A stretch of 64,000 nucleotides of DNA, taken from Porphyridium purpureum (lineage: Eukaryota). Location of the stretch: positions 558,001 to 622,000 of the forward strand of contig VRMN01000001.1 of NCBI GenBank assembly GCA_008690995.1. Reading direction: 5' to 3'. The position numbers were made by a program, and so were the translations under genes. This document shows positions 1-10,248 of this stretch, piece by piece. The notes beneath the pieces were generated by a model. It was not told where the DNA came from, did not search any database, and saw nothing but the letters and a program-made list of their open reading frames with translations. Positions within the stretch are counted from its first letter, which is position 1; every line of letters begins with the position of its first letter.

Positions 1-180
1 GTGCGCGGTGCTTTCCGGCTCGGCGACCACATGGCCCAGTGGGGCCACAGCCTTCTTCACGAGCTTCCGAGCCTCGTCCACATTATCGCTGCTCTGCAGT
101 GCAGACTCGCACGCCAGCACTTCTTCAGGCAGCCCATCTGCCGCCACAACAACCCCATCCACCAGCTCCGCGCTCCACAT
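1..180 (-). CDS. 5' end of an unknown protein running off the window start (MWSAELVDGVVVAADGLPEEVLACESALQ...)
   Basis: Translated by hand: ATG at 180-178 and 60 open codons to the window edge. Protein-like composition; divergent from copine across a promoter-like interval. Confidence 0.5.
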   Translation of the reverse strand, partial: MWSAELVDGVVVAADGLPEEVLACESALQSSDNVDEARKLVKKAVAPLGHVVAEPESTAH

Positions 181-589
181 GTGCCCGCACCACGTTCGAG
201 CCGTCTCCTCACCCCGTCTCCAGTTCCCTCTCCCCAAGTTCCTCACACTCCGCCGCTCACCACCACCATCAACGGATGGTTCACTGTACCTCACAGGCAC
301 ATCTCTTTTGGTGGCCTTGAACTGTACCTTATCAAATCATTCGCTGTACCTCCGGTCGTGCTCGATCGATGCATTTCTTGGTGCGAGGAAAATCTTGAGC
401 CATCGGAGCTCGCGATTCGAGTGTAGTAAAACAAGGTCGTTTTGATATGCCTGTTGAAGTGTGCGAACAAAAGTGTAACGGCAAGGGGCGGGAATGGGGG
501 GGGGGCAAAGTGCGTTTGCAAGGCGCGGTTCGAATTGAGAAGGTTAGTATTGGGGGACGCAAGCGTCTAGTGGTTGCTCGACATGTGTG

Positions 590-636
590 GTGGCGTTGGC
601 TTTGGCGTTGGCGTTGGCGTTGGCGTTGGCGTTGGC
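590..636 (+). repeat. (TGGCGT)n hexamer microsatellite, about 7 units with one variant, upstream of copine
   Basis: tggcgttggctttggcgttggcgttggcgttggcgttggcgttggc read directly. Confidence 0.85.
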
Positions 637-756
637 TCTTTGGCTCTTTGGCTTGGTGGTGTGGCTTGGTGGAGTGTGTCGGGAGAATCCGCGCCGGTGG
701 TGAAGATTGCGCAGGCGTGATTGTGGCGGTACGTGGAGTGGCACGAGGGCACGAAG

Positions 757-2511
757 ATGTCCGGCTATGGAGCTGCGGCGGGCGCAGCGTCGGCGGCGCA
801 GCAGGCGGCGGCGCGGATGCGCGGCACGATGCCGACGCGCGTGGCGCTGGAGATTCGCGCGGCCGGGCTGAAGAATCGCGACGTGATGAACGTCTCGGAC
901 CCGTTTGTCGTCGCGATGATGCAGGACGCCACCACAGCGGCGCGCCCGGATGGTCAGCAAGTCAGTCGCACGTTGTCCGGCACACCAGTCGAGAACGGCT
1001 TCAAGGAGCTGGGGCGCACGGAGACGCAGAGCAACACGCTCAGTCCCACTTTTGCAACACGCATTGAGTGCGACTATTTCTTCGAGGAACAGCAGGTACT
1101 TGTGCTCGCCGTGTGGGACCGAGACAGTAAGTCGGAAAATCTGTCGCGCCAGCAGTCGCTTGGATACGCCCGTGCTACGCTCGGCGAAATCGTGTCCGAG
1201 GGCAGCCAGTGGAGCAGCCCGCTCCTTAAGCAGCTGCCCCACTCAGTCCCAGGTGACAGCTCCAATGTGTCCACCGCCAATGCCGAGGCAGGAAAGGCAG
1301 CTCCACTCGGAAACATATTTGTCACCGCTCATGAAGTGAACGCAGAGTCCTTTTTCAAAGTATCTGTTGAGAGCTGCGGAAAAGGCCTCGACAAGAAGGA
1401 CCTCTTCGGCAAGTCGGACCCATTCTTCGTGGTTGAAAGCGTATCGACAGGTGGCCGTGCGCAGAAGCTGTATCAATCTGAGGTCGTCAAGAAGACCCTG
1501 GACCCGGTCTGGAAGCCCATGCAACTCAAAGTGCCATCAAGACAGATGAACGAACCCATCCGCATTATCGTGTGGGATCATGACGAAATGTCCAAGCCCG
1601 ATTTGATTGGCTCCTTCGAGACAACGTTCAAGCAGCTCGCCGCTAAAGCAGGCACCGAGTTTGCGATCATCAACACGAAATTGCAGTCGAAGAGAAAATA
1701 TTCAGACTCGGGTAAGTTTGTGGTACGAAGCGCTATGGCTTTTGAGATGCCCACATTCATGCAATATGTTCTCGGAGGCTTGCGCCTGAATTTTTCCGTC
1801 GGCGTCGACTTTACTGCGTCCAACGGTGCCGTGGACGATCCCAAGTCGCTCCACTACACAGGAGACCCGACGTCTCCGAACCAATACATCCAGGTGCTCA
1901 CCGCCGTAGGTCAGGTCCTCCAAGATTACGACTCGGACCGTATGTTCCCAGCGCTGGGCTTTGGTGGGCGCCTGCTTGATGGCACGATTTCTTTCAATTT
2001 TTGTCTCAATGGAACGAGCGACCCTCACTGTTACGGCGTGCGCGGAATCATTGACGCGTATCTACAGGCACTGCATGCCGTTCGGCTTGCCGGACCCACT
2101 AATTTTGCGCCATTGATCCAGCATACCATTGATATTACGCGCCGAGCGCAAGCTGAGCTCGCTGGCGGAATGTTCTACAACGTGCTTATGATTTTGACGG
2201 ACGGTGTCATCACTGACATGCAGCAAACCAAAGATGCCATTGTCGAGGCCGCTGGACTGCCCATGTCGATCGTGATTGTGGGTATCGGGAAATCGAACTT
2301 CAGCGCCATGCAGGTGCTGGACGGTGACACGGAACGCATCACAAGTAGCCGCGGGCAGCTTGCACGACGCGATATTGTCCAATTCGTCCCATTTGCCGAA
2401 TTTGAGTCGATGCCGAACGAACGGCTCGCCGCGCATGTGCTGCAGGAGATTCCCGCGAACGTGGTTGAGTACTTCAGAGAAATCGCCAACGTGTCGCCAG
2501 GTGGCAAGTGA
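757..2511 (+). CDS. Copine (two C2 domains + vWA domain), Ca2+-dependent phospholipid-binding protein
   Basis: C2A (DVMNVSDPF, FFEEQQ, VWDRD), C2B (DKKDLFGKSDPF, VWDHD), and copine vWA motifs (VGVDFTASNG, SLHY, DYDSD..FPALGFGG, LAGPTNFAP, ILTDGVITDM, LPMSIVIVGIG, RDIVQFVPF). First ATG at 757. Confidence 0.95.
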   Translation: MSGYGAAAGAASAAQQAAARMRGTMPTRVALEIRAAGLKNRDVMNVSDPFVVAMMQDATTAARPDGQQVSRTLSGTPVENGFKELGRTETQSNTLSPTFATRIECDYFFEEQQVLVLAVWDRDSKSENLSRQQSLGYARATLGEIVSEGSQWSSPLLKQLPHSVPGDSSNVSTANAEAGKAAPLGNIFVTAHEVNAESFFKVSVESCGKGLDKKDLFGKSDPFFVVESVSTGGRAQKLYQSEVVKKTLDPVWKPMQLKVPSRQMNEPIRIIVWDHDEMSKPDLIGSFETTFKQLAAKAGTEFAIINTKLQSKRKYSDSGKFVVRSAMAFEMPTFMQYVLGGLRLNFSVGVDFTASNGAVDDPKSLHYTGDPTSPNQYIQVLTAVGQVLQDYDSDRMFPALGFGGRLLDGTISFNFCLNGTSDPHCYGVRGIIDAYLQALHAVRLAGPTNFAPLIQHTIDITRRAQAELAGGMFYNVLMILTDGVITDMQQTKDAIVEAAGLPMSIVIVGIGKSNFSAMQVLDGDTERITSSRGQLARRDIVQFVPFAEFESMPNERLAAHVLQEIPANVVEYFREIANVSPGGK

Positions 2512-3322
2512 AGCTGAGCAAGAAATAACAGCAGTAAATTATGGGCGCTCGTAGAAAGCATTGTAAGTCGTAACATGAGGCAGAGATACGCAAGTCAAAA
2601 TTCTCGGTTGTCCAGACCCTGGCAGCAGAGCGCACGCGGCGTAGCTTTGAGCCATCGTGATAAAGTGTGCCCCGACGACCCGCACGGCGAATCGCAAAAC
2701 TCGAACCCCTTCACCACGCCCATAGCCGGCCGATAGTCGTTCCTGTGGGTTAGCTGTCTCCTACATATTTGCTCTGGCAAGAATCAAAATGCAATCATGC
2801 GGTGATACTTCATGACCACAGAGAGCTCATGTGTCATCCCACATTCGAGGATGCTCATACGGCAAGCTACATGAAAATTCGTCCAAAGGCTATGCCAGTC
2901 TCAAGGTCTCCGAGCATGACACTGTGCGGCCCACGTTTCACTTCACCGCGGCTGAGAAATTTTACCAGGTCGGCATCTTTGTTCCGGATGGATGAGAGCC
3001 ACTTGCTCAAAACCGGGATCCAGGTCGTTAACAAAAATCCTGGGATGGTTCTCGCAATTTGCAAGGTGCCCTGTGGTGCGGACCCTAACCGCTGTGAAGC
3101 GACTTTGCGGTCGAAGGAGCGACATGGCCAGCCCTTCCTGTGTGGCAGAAATGACTGTTGTGCAGATCTTGAAGCTCCGCTCTCCGGTCCAGACCCTCAT
3201 GACGGCGAGTACTGGGCCGGTATTTTCGTTTGCTGGTCCTGAGAGCAAGATGCCGGTCGGGCCACCGTTGGGAAAATTTCGACCGTAACAGTTTTTCCAT
3301 TCACACGTCTTGCGGGAAGCAA

Positions 3323-4816
3323 TCAAAATGCGGATGTATTCAAATGTGCCAAAAGTTGCTTGAGAAGCCGAGCGTTCGTGCAGGTCCCGTTGGTCAATTT
3401 GTAAAAGTACGGCCAGTTCTCCTTGTTGAAAATGGGAGACTTGAGGTCTTGCTCCCACGTGCCCATGGCCAGCTCTGAATTCATATTTGACTTGAAAATC
3501 TTGAACACATCACAGCGGGGATTTGACTGGACGGCATGCTCAACAACTGCGATCATCGCGGACAAACATGTATGGACAGAGCATGTCATCAGGCTCTCCC
3601 AGAGCGTTTTGGCCATGCGGATGAATGGCGCCGTCTTCATCGGCCGCGCGCCGTGGATTTTTTCCTCCCGGAACAGGTTCCGATTGCCGTGGAGAATAGA
3701 GATCTTCCCGCCTGGCTGCATGTTATACGAGCAGCCCCACTCAATGATAAAGTCTGTCCTGAAGTTCCAGTTACATGGCAAGTTGAAGCATCGCTTGGTC
3801 CTTGTCTCGAGATCGGTCTCATACGTTGCGCATGCCCGATTGAGGATGTCTTGATCAAAATAGCGAAACGTTTCACCGGACTCGTACAGCTTGCGCGCGA
3901 AGGAGATCAGGTCAAACTTGCGAAGCGCGTCCAGCTGCATGAGCGCAACGCCGTCATTCAGGTAGTTCAGGCCACGAATCTCATAGTCGGATTTTTCCGC
4001 GCTCATTCCAAGCAGCATGTCCGGTGACCGCCAAAGCTTGAAGAGAGACGCCAACTGCCATACATCGTCTAGAAACATGATGTCTGCGTCGAGGTAGATC
4101 AGGCGATTGACCTCGGGTAACGACTCGGTAATAAATAGACGCTGGCCTGCGCACGGTTTGAAGTAGTGCGTCACCTTGTCGGCATAAGATGGGTGCACAA
4201 CCAGCTCAAACGAAAGCGCTGCCAACGTATCAGTTGATAGTAGCGCGTCCGCGAAAGGTGCGAAGTGAGCCACGCTCGCATTCACATCCTGTTCGAGGAC
4301 GAACATGTGGAGCACATAGTGCGTGTCTTGCTGTCGCGCGAACAAAAACATGCTCTTGATCATACCTTCCGCATACGACCACACATACCCGGGCTTGCAG
4401 ACTGCAGTGGCGATGTGGATGTGATCTGCCGGGTCCATCACGTTGCGCTGCCAGATCCAGGCCACCGCGGGCTTGGACGAGTTGTACGGCTCTGGTCGAA
4501 ACTCTACCGTAGGTCGCACGCCTACGCGGACAGTTGCAGCTCTGGGCTCCTTCGCCGTCGCCTCAAGTTTCAAGGCGTCCATTAACGTATTCGCGCCATC
4601 CGTTGGGGTTTCCGGCTCTAGAATAAGGCCTCGCGATATCGGCGCAGCAGGCACCGACACAAACATGAACAGAGCGAACAAGAGGGCCAAACCCGAGAAT
4701 GCAAGTGAGATCAATATGGGCCATCGCATCCCAACGGGCGGCGCCAGTATATTTCGCACGTCTGCATTTTCAGGAGGCTCTGATTCCTGTCGCAAGACAT
4801 TTCGCTGAGCGCACAT
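3323..4816 (-). CDS. Glycosyltransferase family 8, glucoside xylosyltransferase (GXYLT)-like, type II membrane protein
   Basis: N-terminal TM helix (ILISLAFSGLALLFALFMFV), FKPCAGQRLF, DxD motif IYLDADIMF, DQDILN, LPCNWNFR, ILHGNR, all matching GXYLT1/2-type GT8. Start is uncertain (ATG 4816 or the next ATG). Confidence 0.8.
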   Translation of the reverse strand: MCAQRNVLRQESEPPENADVRNILAPPVGMRWPILISLAFSGLALLFALFMFVSVPAAPISRGLILEPETPTDGANTLMDALKLEATAKEPRAATVRVGVRPTVEFRPEPYNSSKPAVAWIWQRNVMDPADHIHIATAVCKPGYVWSYAEGMIKSMFLFARQQDTHYVLHMFVLEQDVNASVAHFAPFADALLSTDTLAALSFELVVHPSYADKVTHYFKPCAGQRLFITESLPEVNRLIYLDADIMFLDDVWQLASLFKLWRSPDMLLGMSAEKSDYEIRGLNYLNDGVALMQLDALRKFDLISFARKLYESGETFRYFDQDILNRACATYETDLETRTKRCFNLPCNWNFRTDFIIEWGCSYNMQPGGKISILHGNRNLFREEKIHGARPMKTAPFIRMAKTLWESLMTCSVHTCLSAMIAVVEHAVQSNPRCDVFKIFKSNMNSELAMGTWEQDLKSPIFNKENWPYFYKLTNGTCTNARLLKQLLAHLNTSAF

Positions 4817-5215
4817 CTCACTCGCGAATGCATAGGGTCGCGGCACACGCTGCCTGTCGTTGACGACCAGCGAGCACAGAGTCGCGCTCAGGTCCTCCAA
4901 ATGCCCTCTGACCCAACCAAGACCAGCGGAGAAACCCTAGATGACTTGCCGCCAGAGGTACAGTCACCGTCGTTCACTGTACCCGGACCGGGGTGTATAG
5001 TGACATAAACAAAAAGATAGAAAATGGATTAACAAATAGGTTTTTTAACATATTTATTTAAGAGTCGCACTTCCTTTTCTGGTCCTCGTTTGGATGCTCA
5101 CACGGTTTCGAATTAAGGAGGCTTTGGCGCGTAAAGCGACAAAACGCGGACAAGGCGCATGCTCAAGTTGGTCTGCGGCTGGACGAGCTGCGTAGCGCTT
5201 GCCCATCTGGAGAGT

Positions 5216-7063
5216 ATGTCGGCTGCTCCTGGCGGCAAAAATGGCGGATGGACGACCACGGAACAGCTGGTGCAGCATATCTTGGTGCACACGCGCGCGA
5301 AGGACGACATCCGGTCTGAGTTGGCCAAACCGGCGTACCAGCGGCGCCGCTTGACGCTGGGTCAGGTCACCAATGTGGAGCTGTATGCCTTTGTGGTGGA
5401 CGCCAAGGCGCCTCTTCACGCGAAGGGAGGGCCAGGCGACTTTCGGTCGTCTTTGCTTCTCCTGGACCGACCACCAGCCAGCGCAGTGTACACAGATCAC
5501 GATTTGTCGGTTAGTTTGTACATGGAGCTCTTCACATTTACTTCAGAGGCGAAAGATGCAATCAAGGTGCGGCGCTTGGGTGACGTCGTCCATATTCGCG
5601 GCGTGACGGCCAGCTTGTACATGACCAAGGACGGCCGAGTGACACTGCAAGGCAAGTTGTGGCCACGCGATGCGGCCGCTGGAGCCGTGGGGTGTTTTGT
5701 AAACTCGCAGACGCTCATGACGGGGCCTATCGAGGCTTGCCTCTATTCTGGAGTGTACACTGCGCATGCCTGGCGAACCGTAGACGCCGAGCGTGTGCGA
5801 AAGATGATGGAGATGGCCACGGATGCGCTTGCATCGTGTGGGCGGACTGAGCTTCGAGTGCAAGACTCTCAGCACATGAAAACACTTCGTGAAGCTGTGG
5901 AAGTTTGCACTGCTTTGGGCGGTGTTCGAGTGAGCTTCAACACCATGGTTGAAATACAAGAAGACATGGATTGGAACGCCGAGCTGAACATGTTCGAGTT
6001 TACTCTCTGGGATGGCACATGCTGGCAAGAAGCAGACAGGCTGTCGTATCTGATGAGATTTCAGCTCGGTCCGCTTGATCTTCGCGAACAGCCTGGGCTT
6101 CTGGCGCTTCGGAATGTGCAGCTGTTACTGAAGAAAGCGATTAGTAGCGTATCCCCGAATAGCGTTCACGGGCTGCAAGCTTTCCTAGAGACGATTCTCG
6201 CCGAAGCGCGGTGGATCAACAACGAACATTTGCTCGACCAGTCCGAGTGCGCTCTCATTCGCAACTTGGTCATCGCTGAAGATGACTCGGCGCGCAGGCG
6301 AACAGTCGTGACGCGCAGCACGCACCGAGAGTTCTTCATTGTGCAGCCTGTGCCGAGCTGGGCCAAGGACTGGAAGGTGCTCCGAGAGAGGGCAGAGCGC
6401 TCCATTCGCCCAGCGTTTCAGCACGATTCATGTGCGCTGATCAGCACCACGCGATTAGCGCGACTGACCGGCGATTTTGATGGTCCTGTGGATCCCGTGC
6501 CATGGATCGGGGAAGCCGAGTTTGAGCGCCTAGACGCGACAGACACGCGCGTTGTGCAGGTCACCTCGCTCCGAGCACGGCACATGGGCTTGAGCAATGA
6601 TGCATCCCAGGATGACCTTTTATCGCGCCACATTGTGCGGTGCGCGCAAGTTATTCACCCACCCTCGATGAGTGCAGGAATCTTTTCGCAAGCGTGCAAG
6701 CATTGCGGTACATTGCAAGAGGCGACGCCAGAGAGTAGTGCGGCATCGCCAAGTCGTCGCGCATGTAGCGCAGGCGGAAACGAACACGATTTTGAGCTGC
6801 AGATCGTGCTGGTCCTCCGTCTCGCGGACGAATCGTTTGAGTGCGACTGCGCACTGTCCGGTGCGGACGCCGAGGAGTTCTTCGGGATGACTGCCGCCGA
6901 GCTGGAGGCTGAACAGGCGGACGCGACCCTTTGGATTCTGTACATGGTGCAGGACCACCACTGGCTCGACGTCGGGCTCGTGTTCAAGTGGAGCAGCGGG
7001 GATGCGTGTATGATTCCGCGGATCTGCAAGACCAGCCTCATCGACCCCGACATGATTTTATAG
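5216..7063 (+). CDS. POT1: POT1-like telomere single-strand binding protein (OB folds)
   Basis: N-terminal OB1-like pattern (LYAFVVDAKAP...GDFRSSLLLLD...ELF...VRRLGDVVHIRGV..LY) and C-terminal OB with CxxC (CKHCG) followed by LRLADES...LSGADAEEFFG. Start could be 5159 or 5216. Confidence 0.7.
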   Translation: MSAAPGGKNGGWTTTEQLVQHILVHTRAKDDIRSELAKPAYQRRRLTLGQVTNVELYAFVVDAKAPLHAKGGPGDFRSSLLLLDRPPASAVYTDHDLSVSLYMELFTFTSEAKDAIKVRRLGDVVHIRGVTASLYMTKDGRVTLQGKLWPRDAAAGAVGCFVNSQTLMTGPIEACLYSGVYTAHAWRTVDAERVRKMMEMATDALASCGRTELRVQDSQHMKTLREAVEVCTALGGVRVSFNTMVEIQEDMDWNAELNMFEFTLWDGTCWQEADRLSYLMRFQLGPLDLREQPGLLALRNVQLLLKKAISSVSPNSVHGLQAFLETILAEARWINNEHLLDQSECALIRNLVIAEDDSARRRTVVTRSTHREFFIVQPVPSWAKDWKVLRERAERSIRPAFQHDSCALISTTRLARLTGDFDGPVDPVPWIGEAEFERLDATDTRVVQVTSLRARHMGLSNDASQDDLLSRHIVRCAQVIHPPSMSAGIFSQACKHCGTLQEATPESSAASPSRRACSAGGNEHDFELQIVLVLRLADESFECDCALSGADAEEFFGMTAAELEAEQADATLWILYMVQDHHWLDVGLVFKWSSGDACMIPRICKTSLIDPDMIL

Positions 7064-7231
7064 CACGAACGTGGCGAAACGGGAACTGTACAGTGATGTA
7101 CAGTTACCGAGCAGGATCGATGGAGCGTTTGTCGTCGGGACGCCGTGACGAAAGGTCTGGTGGAATGGGACGAGGCGGCGGAAGTGCGTAGGTAGGTTGT
7201 GGCTGCGCGCAGAGACGGTTCTGCCAGCAGA

Positions 7232-8041
7232 ATGTTGTACGTGGTGGGACTTGGGCTCGGGAATGAGAAGGACGTGAGCGTACGCGGGCTGGAGGCGATC
7301 CGCCGTTGCGCACATGTTTACTTGGAACATTATACGTCTGTGCTGGGCGTGGACTGCGAGGCGCTCGAAGCGTTCTACGGGTGCCGCGTGACGCTCGCCG
7401 ATCGCGAGTTTGTGGAAGAGCGAGTGGACGGCATGCTGCATCAGGCGCGCGAAGCTGACGTGGCGTTTCTGGTGGTTGGCGACCCCTTTGGTGCCACGAC
7501 GCACACGGACTTGTTGCTCCGTGCGCGCGAGGAGCAGGTCGATTACGAGATCGTGCACAACGCAAGTATCATAAACGCGGTGGGCTGCTGCGGACTGCAG
7601 CTGTACAACTTTGGAATGTGCGTGTCGATGGTGTTTTTCACGGACACCTGGAAGCCAGATAGCTTCTATGATAAGCTCGCCGTGAATCGCAGGAACGGGA
7701 TGCACACGCTCGTGCTGCTTGACATCAAAGTCAAAGAACCCAACATGGAGCAGCTGGCGCGAGGGCGAAAAGTCTACGAGCCGGCGCGATTTATGACGGT
7801 AAACGTGGCGCTCGAGCAGATGATGGAAGTCGAGCGTACGCGCGGTGAAGCGCTATACGGTACAGACACTTTTGTGGTGGGCCTTGCGCGGGTCGGACAG
7901 CCGTCGCAGATGATCAAGTACGGCCCGATTTCCGAGCTCGCCCGCCATGAGTTTGGCGCACCGCTGCACTCCCTGATCATTCCAGCGCCAGACCACACAC
8001 TCCACGAGTCGGAGCGGGACATGCTTCGATCATTCCGGTGA
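7232..8041 (+). CDS. DPH5: Diphthine methyl ester synthase
   Basis: MLYVVGLGLG, VYLEHYTS, ADREFVE, LVVGDPFGATTHTDL, HNASI, GLQLYNFG, HTLVLLDIKVKE, FGAPLHSLII. Confidence 0.97.
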   Translation: MLYVVGLGLGNEKDVSVRGLEAIRRCAHVYLEHYTSVLGVDCEALEAFYGCRVTLADREFVEERVDGMLHQAREADVAFLVVGDPFGATTHTDLLLRAREEQVDYEIVHNASIINAVGCCGLQLYNFGMCVSMVFFTDTWKPDSFYDKLAVNRRNGMHTLVLLDIKVKEPNMEQLARGRKVYEPARFMTVNVALEQMMEVERTRGEALYGTDTFVVGLARVGQPSQMIKYGPISELARHEFGAPLHSLIIPAPDHTLHESERDMLRSFR

Positions 8042-8658
8042 AGCAGGGTATTGTTCAAACGTACGTACTCGAAGTTCTCCGTGTCTGTATAAACCTTTAT
8101 CACCAACAAAGCTAACCATTCACTTTGAAATCCGTTTTGCTCGACACGACTTGCGCCCCTAGTTTCGCGAAAACGTGGCGGGAATGCACGACAACACTGC
8201 AATCAAATTCCAAAAGTCTCACTCTGCTGTACACCGCCGAACCCGGACCTGTACTTTTGCTTCTGCCGCAAGACACCAACATCAAAATCAACCAGCCGCT
8301 CGTGAATTTATTGTTGTTTACTTCGTTCTGCCTCAGAAAACAGACCGTTTGGAAGGATGGATTCTTTCGGTGGCTCGCGGAGTGTTCCAGTCGTAAAATC
8401 TAAGCGTTTTAGTATGAAGATTCTTCTGAGTGAATAGTTTCGGCCGGGTGTTCCATAAATAGTGACTCGTATTTCCAACCGGGCGCTAGATGGGAGGTGG
8501 AGAGGTTTGTGCGGAAGGCAGAAGGCAGAAGGGGGAAGGGGGAAGGGCGGTCTTATAGAGTGAGGTGTGAATCGAGAGAGCGTCGTGCGCATAGTCGCGC
8601 AACATAGGACTGGCGGGGAAGTGAGGGGTCAAAGAAGGGGGCAGCGCGCGCGGGTGGA

Positions 8659-9333
8659 ATGGGTGGAATGGGGCGTGTGCACGAGTGCGAGTTATTGCAG
8701 CGACGGCCCGCGGGCGCGGCGTTGCTGGACTTGAGCGCGGTGCCCAAGTACCGCTCCGCGAGCCACGAGATGCGCAAGCTCAAGTTTTGCGTCCACCGGC
8801 TCGAGGAAGCAAATATGTTTTACGACACAGACAGGTTTTGGTTCCTGAAGCCGCGCAAGGTGTGGCACGCGCTCATGTACGACCCGGAGGAGTACGAAGC
8901 GAACATGACGCCGGTATCGGCCGACGCAGAGGACGAACTTGCGAGCTGTGACTCGGCGCGAAGGCCAGAGACCGTGCGTTCCAAGCACAGCGCCGCGGCC
9001 GTCAGGAACGCCGCGGCGAACGAGGTAAGGATTGAGATGACTCCCGTGCGACCGGGCCAATGGGAGGACGTGTATGCCGCAAAGGCAGGTCAAATGGATG
9101 AGTCATTAGCGGGAACGTATTCATTTCGCGTCATGGGTAGACGCATGGAAGTAAGCCCGTTCGAACTGATCGTGGCGATCTTTCTGCTCAGCATGCTGGT
9201 GTATACCTTCTTCCCAGCGAACGGCTCGGCAGGCGTCGCCTCATTGGTGTCGCGAACGAGCGCGCTTACTCAGTGGGCGACGCGATGGAAGGAGGGTTCG
9301 GAGGGAGTGCTCCGGGCCAGCGCGACCAAGTGA
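8659..9333 (+). CDS. Hypothetical protein with one C-terminal TM segment
   Basis: 224-aa ORF with coding-like composition and a hydrophobic stretch (LIVAIFLLSMLVYTFF). No family recognised. Confidence 0.6.
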   Translation: MGGMGRVHECELLQRRPAGAALLDLSAVPKYRSASHEMRKLKFCVHRLEEANMFYDTDRFWFLKPRKVWHALMYDPEEYEANMTPVSADAEDELASCDSARRPETVRSKHSAAAVRNAAANEVRIEMTPVRPGQWEDVYAAKAGQMDESLAGTYSFRVMGRRMEVSPFELIVAIFLLSMLVYTFFPANGSAGVASLVSRTSALTQWATRWKEGSEGVLRASATK

Positions 9334-9490
9334 CCGCCGACGCTCTTTTCTTATTTATACTAATCTTGAAGTTGGCAGAAGAGGTCGCCATTGCGACACG
9401 AGCGGTATTCGTCTGTGTTGTGGCGACAGCTATCACTTCATGCGAGAGGCATGTACAAATATTCGAATAAACAAAAGTTTAAGATCCAGC

Positions 9491-10102
9491 TCACGCAAGC
9501 GCCTTTTCCATGAGGACAAAGTCAAAATCGTGCTCAGTCACGAGCTGCTCGCCCTTATCCATCATGAATTTGCGCGCCGGACGCCGGGCGGTCCCGAGCT
9601 GGTATCCCAGCCGTGTGTACCACGCAATGATGTCAGCGCGCGGTTCGAGAACATCCAGCGCCATGCGATGCAGCCCTAGCTGCTGCCGGCAAAACTGCTC
9701 AGCAAAGAGAACGAGCGCACGCCCGAGGCCCCGACTCTGCAAGACCGGCTCTACAGAAAGCAGCCCGATGTATCCTGCGGGCGCTCGTTCTGGCGGCAGC
9801 GGCCCGATCACAGTGTCACGCACCGCGCCCGTCTTAACACTCGCAACAATCCTGCCCCCCAGCTCACCCACAAACAACACGACATCGCGGTCATCCATGT
9901 ACATCCTCAAGCGCTCGCGAGTCACACGAAGCCCCGCAATCAACTGCGCCTCATGCGTCCAGCTGTCTGTCGACCGGTAACACCGATTCACCAGCGCCGC
10001 CAGCTCGTCCAGCTCCACATCGCTCACGCGCTCAGGATCTAACCGGCGCAACCGCACGCGCTCCTGCCCCGCAGGCAGCTCCACTTCCACCTCCGTTCCC
10101 AT
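9491..10102 (-). CDS. GNAT-family N-acetyltransferase
   Basis: Acetyl-CoA motif A (LLSVEPVLQSRGLGRALV) and motif B (DIIAWYTRLGY). First in-frame ATG preceding the domain is 10102 (MGTEVEV). Confidence 0.88.
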   Translation of the reverse strand: MGTEVEVELPAGQERVRLRRLDPERVSDVELDELAALVNRCYRSTDSWTHEAQLIAGLRVTRERLRMYMDDRDVVLFVGELGGRIVASVKTGAVRDTVIGPLPPERAPAGYIGLLSVEPVLQSRGLGRALVLFAEQFCRQQLGLHRMALDVLEPRADIIAWYTRLGYQLGTARRPARKFMMDKGEQLVTEHDFDFVLMEKALA

Positions 10103-10248
10103 CTTCACATCGTCCCTCCCCACATCCCCTCCCTTCCACCAACCATACGCACGCCCCACCCTCGCCATCCAAACCGAAAATTGCTTGTATGAATATATAA
10201 TTACATTAAAATTTTCGCTCTCACCACAGCATCGACGTGCTCGAGAAA

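Noticed and set aside
447..1067. ORF with WRWRWR repeats
   Set aside because: It is a translation of the TGGCGT microsatellite and overlaps copine out of frame.
2690..2730. GGTTCGAG on the minus strand as a tRNA T-loop
   Set aside because: No convincing T-stem, acceptor stem or anticodon arm can be built around it.
2512..3322. Short ORFs (e.g. 2769..3242, 2943..3458) or an ncRNA between copine and GT8
   Set aside because: No motifs or recognisable structure; consistent with convergent 3' UTRs.
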